Shown: positions 13,882 to 25,983 of the stretch, piece by piece | How positions within the stretch are numbered: the stretch's first letter is position 1 | Layout of the letters: every line of letters starts with the position of its first letter | Assembly: GCF_001194135.2 (NCBI RefSeq) | Contig: NC_068981.1 | Coordinates: forward strand, 68,502,661 to 68,540,972 | Source: Octopus bimaculoides | Taxonomy: Eukaryota | Direction: 5' to 3' | DNA length: 38,312 nt | Translations under genes and position numbers: made by a program | The notes under the pieces: generated by a model | What the model was told of the DNA's origin: nothing | What the model saw: the letters and a program-made list of their open reading frames with translations, nothing else | The model's database searches: none

Positions 13882-14035
13882 TTATTTACATTATTTACAT
13901 TTGACGGATATTTGTCCTCATCTTGTTTGTTGTTAACACATCGTTTCGGCTGATATACCCTCCAGATTTCATCAGGTGTCTTGGGGAAATTTCGAACCTG
14001 GGTTCTCATTCCTAAGGTATTTTTCGATATTATTA

Positions 14036-14114
<79 letters not shown>

Positions 14115-14166
14115 GCAGGTTACTGCCTGGAATAGAGCGCGAAATCTTGGTGCTAATAGCCCGCGC
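13882..14166 (-). mobile_element. Composite element: truncated tRNA-like head, (AAT)n, then a Penelope-type 3' region with a hammerhead motif
   Basis: The minus strand reads tRNA-like head (14166-14113), (AAT)n (14112-14028), then ...GACAC-CTGATGA-...-GAAAC-GAT-GTGT... and an end reading ATCCGTCAAATGTAAATAATGTA. Confidence 0.65.
13934..13980 (-). ncRNA. Degenerate minimal type I hammerhead ribozyme
   Basis: GACAC-CUGAUGA-AAUCUG-GAGGGUAUAU-CAGCC-GAAAC-GAU-GUGUU. The conserved core boxes and stem I (ACAC/GUGU) are present. Stem II is partly mispaired and U16.1 reads A. Confidence 0.6.
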
Positions 14167-14221
14167 GGTTAAGAGCGCGAGCTACTAACCCCAAGATTCC
14201 GAGTTCGATTCCAGGCAGTGA

Positions 14222-14272
<51 letters not shown>

Positions 14273-14355
14273 TAATAATAATGATTTGTGTTAACAACAT
14301 CCATGAAATGTAGATAATGTACATAATTCCTTATCTCTTAAATATAGAACTGAAT
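14167..14355 (+). mobile_element. Second, inverted and internally deleted copy of the composite element
   Basis: GGTTAAGAGCGCGAGCTACTAACCCCAAGATTCCGAGTTCGATTCCAGGCAGTGACCTG (B-box GTTCGATTC), then (AAT)n, then TGTGTTAACAAC and ATCCATGAAATGTAGATAATGTA, which match the left copy's 3' end. Confidence 0.7.
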
Positions 14356-14454
14356 AGACATAGAAATATGTACACGCAGAGAGACGTATATTCGTCCATA
14401 ATATTAAATGAGCTTCATTCAGTATATATGTTACGATATAGATATATGGACACG

Positions 14455-14507
<53 letters not shown>

Positions 14508-14940
14508 TGAGAGAGAGAGAGTGAGAGAGAGAGTAAAGAGACAATGTGAGTCACAATCAAACATACCTACATGCATAGATACATTCATACTTACATACGT
14601 AAATGCATTACGAACGGCTTGAACTCTCTGAACAGGAACGTGTATAAAACTCAAAGAAAAATCATTTATACAAACATACATGCGTACATACATTCGTAAA
14701 TATACATACAAAAATGTGTACATTTATTTGTATGAATGTGTTCGTCGGTCCTCGTGTGTGTGCGCCTATTAATCAGCTCAAAATCAGTAACTAAGGGTTG
14801 TTTCTTTTTTGATGAATGGATAAAAAGTTCAGACAGAGAGATGAGGCATGAGGGAAAATATAAGAGTATGAGACAAATCATAATACATAAAAATAGGATA
14901 ATCAAAAAGAAGTGGTCTTAAACTATATTAGAGAGACGAT

Positions 14941-14988
<48 letters not shown>

Positions 14989-14989
14989 C

Positions 14990-15036
<47 letters not shown>

Positions 15037-15040
15037 CACA
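14455..15040. repeat. Two (GA)n tracts (~14455-14540 and ~14940-15040)
   Basis: Direct inspection. Confidence 0.9.
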
Positions 15041-15849
15041 GAACATGCTGACGATATAAAAAGAAGTTATAGTTCGAGAGAGAGGAGAAAGATTTCAGAC
15101 AATTAAATACACCCGCATTCAGAAATAGAAATTCAGAAGAAGCGATAAACACAGAAACATATTCATGAGACAGGAATTCAGAGAAGATGAGATAGGCTGC
15201 AAGAATGCAGTGCTGAATGAGGTAGTTTAATTGACTACCTTACTCAGGATGAACTTGCAAAAGAGGAAGAGAGTCGTGGGACGCTGGAATCCTGTAAAGA
15301 TTCATGTGAAAAATAACGATTTAAATTGGGAAAACTGGAAAGAAAAGAAAATTATGAATTAAGGAGAAAAAAATAAAATGAAACAGAAATCAACGGAAGA
15401 TATTAGAAAATGGAATGTAAGGAAGAAATAATGAAGTAGAGAGGTAGTAGTCGATGAAAGCATGCGGTTAAGATGGTTTGAAGAAAGTGGACTATTGAAG
15501 AAGAGTTCGTTTGAAGGAATATAGAAAGATGTTCGAATAATGGAGAAAATATATGAAAAATAAAATTAACAACATTACTTGAAGAAATAACAAATAATGA
15601 ATGAAAAATATTTAAAAAATCAGCACATTTAACAGAAAAAAAAATGCAAGAGATAAAAAAAAATACCAATGACATGGGGAGGAAAAGAAAGAACAATATA
15701 AGGGTGGCTTTTATTTATGAAAACTAATAAACAATAACATAAAAATAAAACAAACCGGGAAGGGGAGAGCAAACATGAGATACTGAATAACGTATTTGAA
15801 TACAGGTTGGAAGAGAGGAGGAAGAGAGATGCAGAGAGAAAGATGAATG

Positions 15850-15887
15850 ATGATGATGATGAAGATGATGATGATGATGATGATGAT

Positions 15888-15922
<35 letters not shown>

Positions 15923-16014
15923 CAACAATGATGGTATGATGACGATGACGAGAAGGTTGATGGCATGATGATGATTATATAATGATGATGATGATGATGA
16001 TGATAATATTAATA

Positions 16015-16050
<36 letters not shown>

Positions 16051-16110
16051 GTAATAATAATACCAATAACAGCAACATCAACATCTACTCAACAACAACA
16101 ACAATAAAAC
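15850..16110. repeat. Compound trinucleotide microsatellite (GAT/GAC/AAT/AAC)
   Basis: Direct inspection. Confidence 0.95.
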
Positions 16111-18529
16111 AATTAATAGAAATGTGTTTTAAAAAGATGAATAATGGATGGATGGGTGAGGCGGATCAGGGCTAAAACTGATTATTGAAAACGACTAATT
16201 AAAGCAAAATGCATATAAAAATATTCTGACCTAATCAAGCAGAACATGTTACAACTTTGTGGCTAATGAAATGAAGCCTTGATCTTTATCGATCGAAGCT
16301 CCAGGCAAAAAAGACTAGAGCCAGGAGAATGGTTTGCTGTTTTCTTTTTATCATTTTTGTTTTCTTACTGTTTACTCTGCCATGTTGTTTGCTTTAGGTA
16401 TTTTTTCTTGCTGATATCAAATGTATTTTTTCATTGTATTTTTCTCTTCGATATCTATTTTTCAACTAACATGTTTTGTTGTGCTTGTATTCCATTTTCA
16501 TCATTATTCATCCGTTTACTTTGCAAGTATTATTTTAGCTGGCATGTGGGAATATTTATCGATGAAAATAATATTCTTCTATATATGTTAGTACAATATT
16601 TTAACAATAATAGTATTCCCTTCAACGCAGGCGTTCTTATAAAATATGAAAATTACAATACGTATAAGAAAAGTAGAAAACAATCGGAGCGATGAACGAT
16701 GCTATATCAATTAGCTGCCAACATCAAATATGTTCAGACAAAATTGTTAGGTGTAATAAATATTGGCTATCCAAAGTTATCTTAGGCACGCCATTGATTT
16801 TTAAATTCCTGAATGTTCCCTGAACCTATTTTTATGTTTAACCCTAAAAGCTGAAGTTAAAAACAGAATAATTAATAATAAGCATAAAACTTGCAGATGA
16901 AAATTAGGAATAATCATAAAAGACTATGAAGAATTTCTATGATCTATGAATCTGTTAACGTAGGGAAAAATATGGATTTCCGTTTATATTTTATCTTAAT
17001 TTGGAATTCGATGCCGGTCAAACCGACAATTCTCTGAAGTACAAGATTACGTAGAGAAGTGAATGTAAAAAAACATTAGTGTGATTTAGCTCGCTCATGC
17101 ATTCATAAACATGCAGCCATACACATATACATATACATAAACATACATATTAATATAGATTAATGCATGCATGTATACATTCATACATACATACATACAT
17201 GCATACATACATACATGCATGCATACAGAGCGAGAGATTATATAAATAAAAATATCACAGGTATATTGAAATATTTAATTTGTGCAAAAAGTTTAATGGT
17301 TAGAAATATATCGTAAACAAATTTTTGTGGGAAATATAATAAATATAATAAAATATAATAAAATAGAGTTAATACAAACAGTTATTTAAATAGAACCAGG
17401 TTATATATAACAGTAAATAGTTAATATATGATATATTTTCTGAACATGAACATTTTTCTAAATATCAGATATTCAAAAAATTATACGGGGTACGAAATCA
17501 ACAACACACGAGTGAAATTCGCATATAAAATTTATTCTCCATATAGAGCCTGATATACAGATCGGTTATATATTGCAACATTAGCAGAAATAATCGGTTA
17601 TAAGAATATCAGTTGTATATCGCAACATTAATCGAAATTTGCAGAGCACGAATGCGATAATGAAATTTAAACTGTATCGTTAGGATGATGTTTTCTATAT
17701 TTTTGATAGAATATCATCAAATACGATTTGAGTGGAACCTGCACTATGTATTGTAGCTAGGCATGAAGTAGTTTATAAAAAGCATCTAAGGTAGATTCAT
17801 CGTATATTAACACATTCCAATCGGTAATATTTATTGCTGTTAGAATCAAAGATGAAACTAAGGAATTGAAAAAGACACTAAAAACATAAAATTTGAATAG
17901 GTGGGCAGCAACGTGGATATATTCATTCACAGATAACTAAAAACTACCTTTATAAAAATGCCTCATAGATCTATTAATATTGGATATTAATGACAATATT
18001 GACAGATAGATATGCTTTTGTGTAAATGTTTGAGTATATAATTATTTTGTGTGTTCGTGTATATAATTATTTGGAAACACGTTGCTGATATAAGGGTGAC
18101 CTGGTGAAATATTTACATGCGGAACACTAGTAAGTGTGTTGAGTGATATCTGGAGGGAATGCACATTGTTTCAACCCCATCATGCTGATGGCTTTTTGGC
18201 CCATCGACCCATCAGAATTATTGTGAGATCTCATTTGCTCCATCCATTGGTTAACAGCATTGCAACAATGTTCTATTGAATTCCCTTTATCCTCACTTTC
18301 TAAACAAGTTCAGTATCTTTCCTTCTCAGTTGTGCCGTAGATTAATTTAGATGATGGTGTTTCTTTTATGATCTTTCATACCTAGAAATAGTAACCATTG
18401 CCTCATACAACGTATACAAAATCTTCTACAGCGTTGCAACCTTCCAGACAGATGTCACAGATGGCAACATAGTTTACTCCTTATCTTTCTTCACACCAGA
18501 TGAATATATCCTGAGACCTATTAAGTGGA

Positions 18530-18645
18530 ATCTTTTATCTTTTCAATATTTTATCTTTTATCTTTTTAATATTTCAGCCGTTTCATTGCAGCCATGCTGG
18601 GAAATTTCATTGAAAAGTTTTAATCGATCGGCTCGACTCGGCCTT
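18530..18645 (-). mobile_element. SINE 3' end with AAAAGAT-type tail
   Basis: The reverse complement reads GTCGAG..GATCGATTAAAAC..CCCAGCATGGCTGCA..GAAATATTAAAAAGATAAAAGATAAAA. Confidence 0.5.
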
Positions 18646-18734
18646 TAATTNNNNNNNNNNGAACCACGAAGTTAAGGGTATAGAAATAAACCAATAGTGT
18701 TTACCAAGTCGTGGTGGAGATGAAACACACCTAC

Positions 18735-18905
18735 GCATATATACGATGGGCGTTGTTTCAGTTTCCTACTAACAATTCTATTCAAAAGCCTCTCTTCAGT
18801 TCGGATGTATATTAGAAGACATTTGGACAAGATAGCATGAACTTGTTCCGAACTCGGCTCCAAAAGGTAGGGAAGCAACTTTCCTACCATACAGTAACGC
18901 ATAGG
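18735..18905 (-). mobile_element. Degenerate tRNA-derived CORE-type SINE
   Basis: The reverse complement has a head TGTATGGTAGGAAAGTTGCTTCC, a B-box-like GAGTTCGG, a CORE-like ATCTTGTCCAAATGTCTTCTA and an end GGAAACTGAAACAACGCCCATCGTATATATG. A similar end lies on the plus strand at ~5316-5350. Confidence 0.55.
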
Positions 18906-19124
18906 AAAGTATCTTGCATGTAGCAAATCTGCAACTTCATGCGGAAAATAATCCCAGCTGTCATTGTTGTTGGAAAGTGTCTCGCTTTATAAGCAGTTCT
19001 GCTGTTTTACACGAAAAACAAAATCATTAGAGCAGTCATTGTAGTTTCATGTTACTACTACTTACAGAAACTTGGCTCTTTCAAGTACCAAACAGCGGAA
19101 TCGAAATTGTCTCCAGATTTGTTT

Positions 19125-19450
19125 ATCATGTACATTGTTTTGTTTTGGTATAAAAGATGGGCTACAGCAAATATGCAGGTCAATATCACAGATTAGCATG
19201 TCAGTAGCTTGACCATAACCAGTTGAGCATGTCCCTTAGTTGCTGACCATATGTGCATCTCTTAGTGGGGAGCATCATAGCCATGTGTTGATAGGGATTG
19301 TTTATCTTGATATGAGTTTACTCTGTCGAGCACATGACTGCGATGCATATGCCCAGTGCACCCCTATCAGTCGAGTAATCATGGTGTGTATCCTGGTTTT
19401 CATATATGTTACTCCAGTGTCAATTTGAAGGCACGCATTGCTTTCTACTC

Positions 19451-19452
<2 letters not shown>
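19125..19452 (+). mobile_element. Internally deleted copy of the ~550-bp AAT-tailed repeat family
   Basis: Clear similarity to the reverse complement of 32984-33537. Ends in ACTC(AAT)n. Confidence 0.8.
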
Positions 19453-19481
<29 letters not shown>

Positions 19482-19697
19482 GTAATATTGATAATAATTT
19501 GCTTTTCAATAATTGTATTTATTTATAATAAACTAATAATAATTTGAAATTAGTTGTCGCGTAGAAGAAAATATTAAATGAAACAGTATGAACAGAAAGA
19601 ACGTGTCTGAAATCTGCTCATTAAAAAAAGGAACATTATTATTTTAATCCTTTTCCATTAACATTGCAGATATTTTTATGTTCTTAATCCTACTCAC

Positions 19698-19706
19698 ATC
19701 TCCAGT
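19698..19706 (-). CDS. Candidate 9-nt microexon ACTGGAGAT
   Basis: tactttatctttttgcag / gtgagt; both sites are near consensus. Confidence 0.35.
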
Positions 19707-20868
19707 CTGCAAAAAGATAAAGTATATAGTGAAGACTTTTTATAATAAACAGTGGGCTATGTAGTTGCAACATGAAGTGCTATGAAAATTTGAGCATAAC
19801 GAATTAGTGTATTGAAACATGAAAACTCTTGTCTCATCTAGAAGATAATTAGATAACCCGAAACTCCCAGGGGTGTATTATGCGATAATTACATACGTAG
19901 TTGACCTTCACAGAGCAAAATGTATTTCGTTTAAGCAAGGCATTTATTCAGTTGTATAGCTCAATACTTAATTTGAAGTTAAATGGAATTATAAGGAATA
20001 CATATTAGATGTAAAGGAACGGACCTTTTCTATTACTGATCTAAAGCTATGAATGAAAAGAGCTTATGTTCATCTTATGATAACCTTCAGAGATATTTGT
20101 GTTGGTGATCAGTCACTTTCGCATCCTGTCTTGAAGACAGGTGCCTAAGACCATAGTCAATGTAAATGTGACAGGAAATGTAAGAATTGCTATAAATAGT
20201 AATCAACCGTGAGGAGTGACAATGAACAACGACTGGAATGTACATCAAAGACGAAGCAAATTATCAGGGTAATTTGCTAGGAAATACACTAATCTGTCTA
20301 CCTCATTCTCTCTCTTTCTTTGTGAGTCATGGTGTTTATGTATTTCATGTTACTTGCAATGTTGGTCACGTTCTGTACCCATATATTCATATATATATAT
20401 ATANNNNNNNNNNNNNNNNNNNNNNNNNNNNNNNNNNNNNNNNNNNNNNNNNNNNNNNNNNNNNNNNNNNNNNNNNNNNNNNNNNNNNNNNNNNNNNNNN
20501 NNNNNNNNNNNNNNNNNNNNNNNNNNNNNNNNNNNNNNNNNNNNNNNNNNNNNNNNNNNNNNNNNNNNNNNNNNNNNNNNNNNNNNNNNNNNNNNNNNNN
20601 NNNNNNNNNNNNNNNNNNNNNNNNNNNNNNNNNNNNNNNNNNNNNNNNNNNNNNNNNNNNNNNNNNNNNNNNNNNNNNNNNNNNNNNNNNNNNNNNNNNN
20701 NNNNNNNNNNNNNNNNNNNNNNNNNNNNNNNNNNNNNNNNNNNNNNNNNNNNNNNNNNNNNNNNNNNNNNNNNNNNNNNNNNNNNNNNNNNNNNNNNNNN
20801 NNNNNNNNNNNNNNNNNNNNNNNNNNNNNNNNNNNNNNNNNNNNNNNNNNNNNNNNNNNNNNNNNNNN

Positions 20869-20902
<34 letters not shown>

Positions 20903-21810
20903 ATGCGTGTGTGTGCGCGTGTATGTGTATGTGTGTGTGTGTGTGTGTGCATGTTTCTGTGTCTGTGTCCGTATTTGTATCACACCACCATTTCACAAAC
21001 AGTGTGAGTTTGATTATATTTTCGGTATATAGTGGGTCGGCAAAAGATCCTATAGAGGAAGTGCTAGATTTGAAGAAATATCAACTGTGGTACCTATTCC
21101 TTCAATTAAAATTCTTCAAAGGTTTGCGCCTGTATTGCTGCAGACTCGTGACTGTAAAACCAAATTAAAAGATAAAAGATTAATTACGTTAAAATGACAT
21201 ATATTCCCGATAAATTAGAACGACTAAATTCACACGTACTAATAGGAAATACCTAAACATGCATATATTCGCACGTTAATTTAAGTTCACACATATCCAC
21301 AAAATAACTTTTACTTTCTTCATCGATAAGCATATGAAATATATCTTAAGCTGTTAGTGACCGGCTTGAATTATTCAAAGAACTTAAACCTCAATAAAAA
21401 TATTCATTTATCCATTCACAATGTCTGAAATGCGAATTAAGTATTAATTTTATTGCTACTATGATCATAATATCTTAATATTCAATCGAATATATTTGAT
21501 TAAATGACTTTATTTTGCTAATAGTTTCTTTTGTTTCTGATGATAGAAAAGTTTGTGTTGATATTCATTATAACTAATGAGTAATTATTTAATTAATTAT
21601 TGTTTTTCGTAATTAACACCTGAATTTGAAATTTAAAAATACTACCACTATACTTTTCCATTTTCTTTTATTTTTGGCTATTTTTTCTACCCTCAAAGTG
21701 CTACTCGGTAATAAATTGAATAATCATTCTTGCAGACAACAAAATATCTGTTAATTATGCTAATAATGAGAGTTTATTAGGTGAGAAAACTAATTAATAT
21801 GTTAGCTCAC

Positions 21811-21819
21811 TTATACCAT
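21811..21819 (-). CDS. Candidate 9-nt microexon ATGGTATAA (open only in phase 1 or 2)
   Basis: ttttttattttacatattgcag / gtgagc. Confidence 0.3.
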   Translation of the reverse strand: MV

Positions 21820-22625
21820 CTGCAATATGTAAAATAAAAAATATCTAAATAAGATTTGTTTCTCGAAGCTGAACATTAATTTGAAAGTTCAGTATATAGA
21901 GGTAATTTGAATGTATCTTGCCTAATGCCTCCAACTGAACAATAAAAAATACATTAGGAAAACTGCGATTATTATTAGCAAGCAAATTCCTAGGAAGACG
22001 AATAAATAAAAATCAATAATTTTGTTTAAATAAATATATTTCTATTTTAGTAAATAAAAGTAAATAGAGTATGTTGCATGAAGATTAAATATCATAAATG
22101 ACAGATAAGATATTAATTGTGACGAAATAGTAGTAATGAAGTACATGATAAATAAATATACTCACAATATAATTAAACATCCTATATCATTTTTAAATCA
22201 AGCCATGTAATAGAAAGTTACAGTTAATTTTTAGCCAGAGAAGGAATCTGGACACAAAATGCACCTGATAATGAGATAATGCTGGCTTTTTTTTCTATTC
22301 TGTCCCGAACGATGCCGAGAGGTTAATCTCTTTATTATAAGTATGCTCAATCATGAGAACTATACCTCAACAAAACATGGCTATCACGCCGTGATATATT
22401 TATTCGCATGCACTAGGCATAATACCTTCAACTATATCCACAACCACACATGCACACACACACACAACAACACACGCACACAACAACACACACACACAAC
22501 AACACACACACACAACAACAACACACACACGTTTGTGTGTGTGTGTGCGTGTGTGTGCGCCTGTGTGTGTGTCTCTGTTTTAATGTATGTGCGTACAAGT
22601 ATGCAGAAGCTATGAACTACCTCAC

Positions 22626-22658
22626 ATCTGTTTTGGTTATTTGTTCTCTGCCAGTGTT
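22626..22658 (-). CDS. Candidate 33-nt exon (x-HWQRTNNQNR in phase 1, or NTGREQITKTD in phase 0)
   Basis: ttttgtgttcatgtctttcttcacag / gtgagg. Confidence 0.35.
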
Positions 22659-23390
22659 CTGTGAAGAAAGACATGAACACAAAATAGAAAATACAAGCAT
22701 CATGCCACTCGCTCACGTTGTCATGTCGGTAAAGAGTTAAATTCTCCCATAACTGTAATTACTTTAAACTGTCACTTGATATATTGACATTATCTTAATA
22801 TTCAGAAATTATTGAAACACGTTTCTCACCTTCCAAGCACACACATACAGATTTATCTGCGAACCCCCGTTTCTGCACTGTATAATCTAATATAATGTAT
22901 CAGCATTATTAAGGACAGATGTCAGAAGAGGAAGTTTCTTGCAAGCTTCCTACACATATCGCTTAAAGTCATTCTATAACCGTATATTTCTTCGTTTCTG
23001 TAATTTTAGTTTCGTTCTAATAAGAAAGAGAAACTGGTATTTGTTTCATAGCGCTAATCTAAATTTACTGATGTGTGCTTCAATCCGTCTGTTCTCTGTG
23101 CGGTGACTTTCGTTATTCTTTATGAACTAAAGTTAATCTATTATCAAGCTTTAAATACATATATTCGTAGTAAATGCTTGATACGCTATTAGCTGAGCAT
23201 TACGTTGAAAGGTAATTTTCAAGGAATTTATGTAAATAAACACTTAGAGGGACATTCCCATTAGCTTTTGGTCTACATTATTATCTTTATCTTACTGCTA
23301 CATCAACAACTTTCACGGCTAATTCAAATTTTGCAGTACTCGTACGCACACATATCTACACATCTACATACCCTCAACCACATGTACAGT

Positions 23391-23758
23391 TTGATACATA
23401 TATGTGTGTTGTTGTTGTTATTGTTGTAGATACATATATCTGCGTTTGTGTATGCATGTGTACGCGTGTGTGTAAATATATATATATACGCTTATCCATA
23501 TAAAATGTTATATTGATTGATACATATATGTGTGCTGTTGTTATTGTTGTAGATATATATATCTGCGTTTGTGTATGCATGTGTACGCGTGTGTGTAAAT
23601 ATATATATATACGCTTACCCATATAAAATGTTATATTGATTGATACATATATGCGTGTTGTTGTTATTGTTGTAGATATATATATATCTGCGTTTGTGTA
23701 TGCATGTGTACGCGTGTGTGTAAATATATATATATACGCTTATCCATATAAAATTTTA
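23391..23758. repeat. Minisatellite, 3 copies of a ~123-126 bp unit
   Basis: Unit TTGATACATATATG...CCATATAAAATGTTATATTGA starts at 23391, 23517 and 23640; copies are nearly identical. Confidence 0.95.
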
Positions 23759-24927
23759 TAAAAGATTCATTAGAAAAATAAATCTTACGTATGGTTTTGC
23801 TGCTACGTAGAATTAATATTATTTCGACCTATTTGATTTTATGAACAAATAGAAAACAATTCTGTAGGGAATGAAATTACGCATTGCGAGTTATATAGAA
23901 ATAAATTAACAAGAATATCAGGTTCAAGGAAAATGAAATGATGAACTACATATTCTAAAGTACAACAGATTGCATTTGTAATTTATAAAGGGAAAATTTA
24001 TAATCTTCGTTTTGTAGTAGTTTATATTCAAACGTCAATAAGCAGCGCCTCTCGAATTTAATTTTCATTTATTTTCGTTATTTGTTCCCTTTCACTCTAA
24101 CATATTTTTCTTCATATAAACCCCAAGTAAGAAATATTTCGAAGTAATAAAAATCAATTGCTGTTTCAGAGAACCAATCGATTTAATGAACAGCTGTTAA
24201 TCTAATCTTCTTGACCAAAATTGTTCCAGATGAATACCTATTCAATTAATTTTCTATCAATCAATTTAGTAAAGAATAACCAAGCAAATGTTGAAGAAAA
24301 AATTAAATCGAGGAAAAATGTACTGTATTTACTTTCTTTTCGTTTTCAAGTGGAAATAAATATATCTTTAAATTTCATAAGCTTGTGTTGCTATTCTTGG
24401 TATTTACAATTGAAATGGAAAGTAAAAAAAAGACGATTGGAACTATTAATATGAAGAATTCTTGGTGCTAACTGATGTAGCGATATATTCAGTGAATTAA
24501 AATGTGATATTTATTGATTTATCAGAAAACACGTTTATCATGTATTCAAATTCGTATGTGTATTCACAAGCGTGTATACATGTATACGTGGGCTTATATG
24601 AATAAAATAATAAATATGTAAATATATATATACATACATACATACATACATACATACATANNNNNNNNNNNNNNNNNNNNNNNNNNNNNNNNNNNNNNNN
24701 NNNNNNNNNNNNNNNNNNNNNNNNNNNNNNNNNNNNNNNNNNNNNNNNNNNNNNNNNNNNNNNNNNNNNNNNNNNNNNNNNNNNNNNNNNNNNNNNNNNN
24801 NNNNNNNNNNNNNNNNNNNNNNNNNNNNNNNNNNNNNNNNNNNNNNNNNNNNNNNNNNNNNNNNNNNNNNNNNNNNNNNNNNNNNNNNNNNNNNNNNNNN
24901 NNNNNNNNNNNNNNNNNNNNNNNNNNN

Positions 24928-24960
<33 letters not shown>

Positions 24961-25983
24961 CATGCATGTATGTATGTATGTATGTATGTATGGGTGTATG
25001 GGTGTATGAATGCATCTTTGTAGAAGGACCTATAGTATATAATATGCATGATAAGAATGCAAGCATCAAAGTGTGCTGTATGAAATTTCCTTCGAAAATA
25101 TTCGATTTTGGTTCAATTCATGTAGGTGTCATCGTAATTAACTACTATTTAGTTATTAGCTATAAACTTAGCTTTGTCTCTCATTTTATACTTATGATTA
25201 ATGTTTATTAGATAGAAACTGTGTAAATGCCCGTTGGTGGAAGGAGACTTTTGCTAGCACTCAGATCAAGCCTCCGGCATGAAGATGAGGTCGTTCTATT
25301 ACCTTCTTAATGTGATCTTGAAAGCCTCATCACTGTTCATTCTGAGTAAGACATTAAATAAGCACAAGTATATTAAACATAACTTTCAATTCTTATATGT
25401 TTTTTTATATAGTGCAGTATGTAGGTGTTTCTGTAGATGTGAGTGTATATATCCGTATATAACAATTGTCGTACCATATCGAATAATCATCACTATCATC
25501 TATGTAGCAACCAACATTACCATAATAAAACCTACTATACTTTCTGCTGATGATGATTACATACGGCATTATATATTATATGTTCTCATGATATTTATTG
25601 TAATCGTTAGCCTTATTAATAGACTCTATCATATTAATGTTTAAGACAAATTATATTGACTCCTTATTTTCAATGCCCGTCATACTCTTCACTAGCTTTA
25701 ATTTGTTTATTATTTCACAAACATAATCCTCCCGGCACCATGTTCAGTATTTGTTCAGAGACACTTTAAGATCATTCAGTAATACGTATATGAGATAGAA
25801 AACATTCAGTATTTTCCAAACGAATGTGCATTACATAGAAGTATAAAAAAAAATTATAGGTATTTATTTATTTTAATAACAGTCACCTGGGGTTAAACAT
25901 GGGTTTATAAAAATTATTGTATTAACATACAGATAGATAAACAAAATATGTAATAAATAAAGGACAGAGAAGAAAAATATTCG

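Noticed and set aside
14167-14226. Possible tRNA gene
   Set aside because: The 5' acceptor strand and most of the A-box are missing, and the T and anticodon stems are mispaired. It is a SINE head.
18060-18500. Possible LINE 3' remnant on the minus strand
   Set aside because: No diagnostic motif could be read with confidence.
21094-21151. Strong minus-strand acceptor (tcttttaatttggttttacag) with a 58-nt exon candidate
   Set aside because: Stops in all three frames and a weak donor (gtacca). At most a non-coding exon.
25303-25341. 39-nt minus-strand exon candidate (MNSDEAFKITLR)
   Set aside because: Good splice sites, but it is phase 2 to 2 and gives a stop when joined to the 22658 exon, so it cannot be placed in the model.
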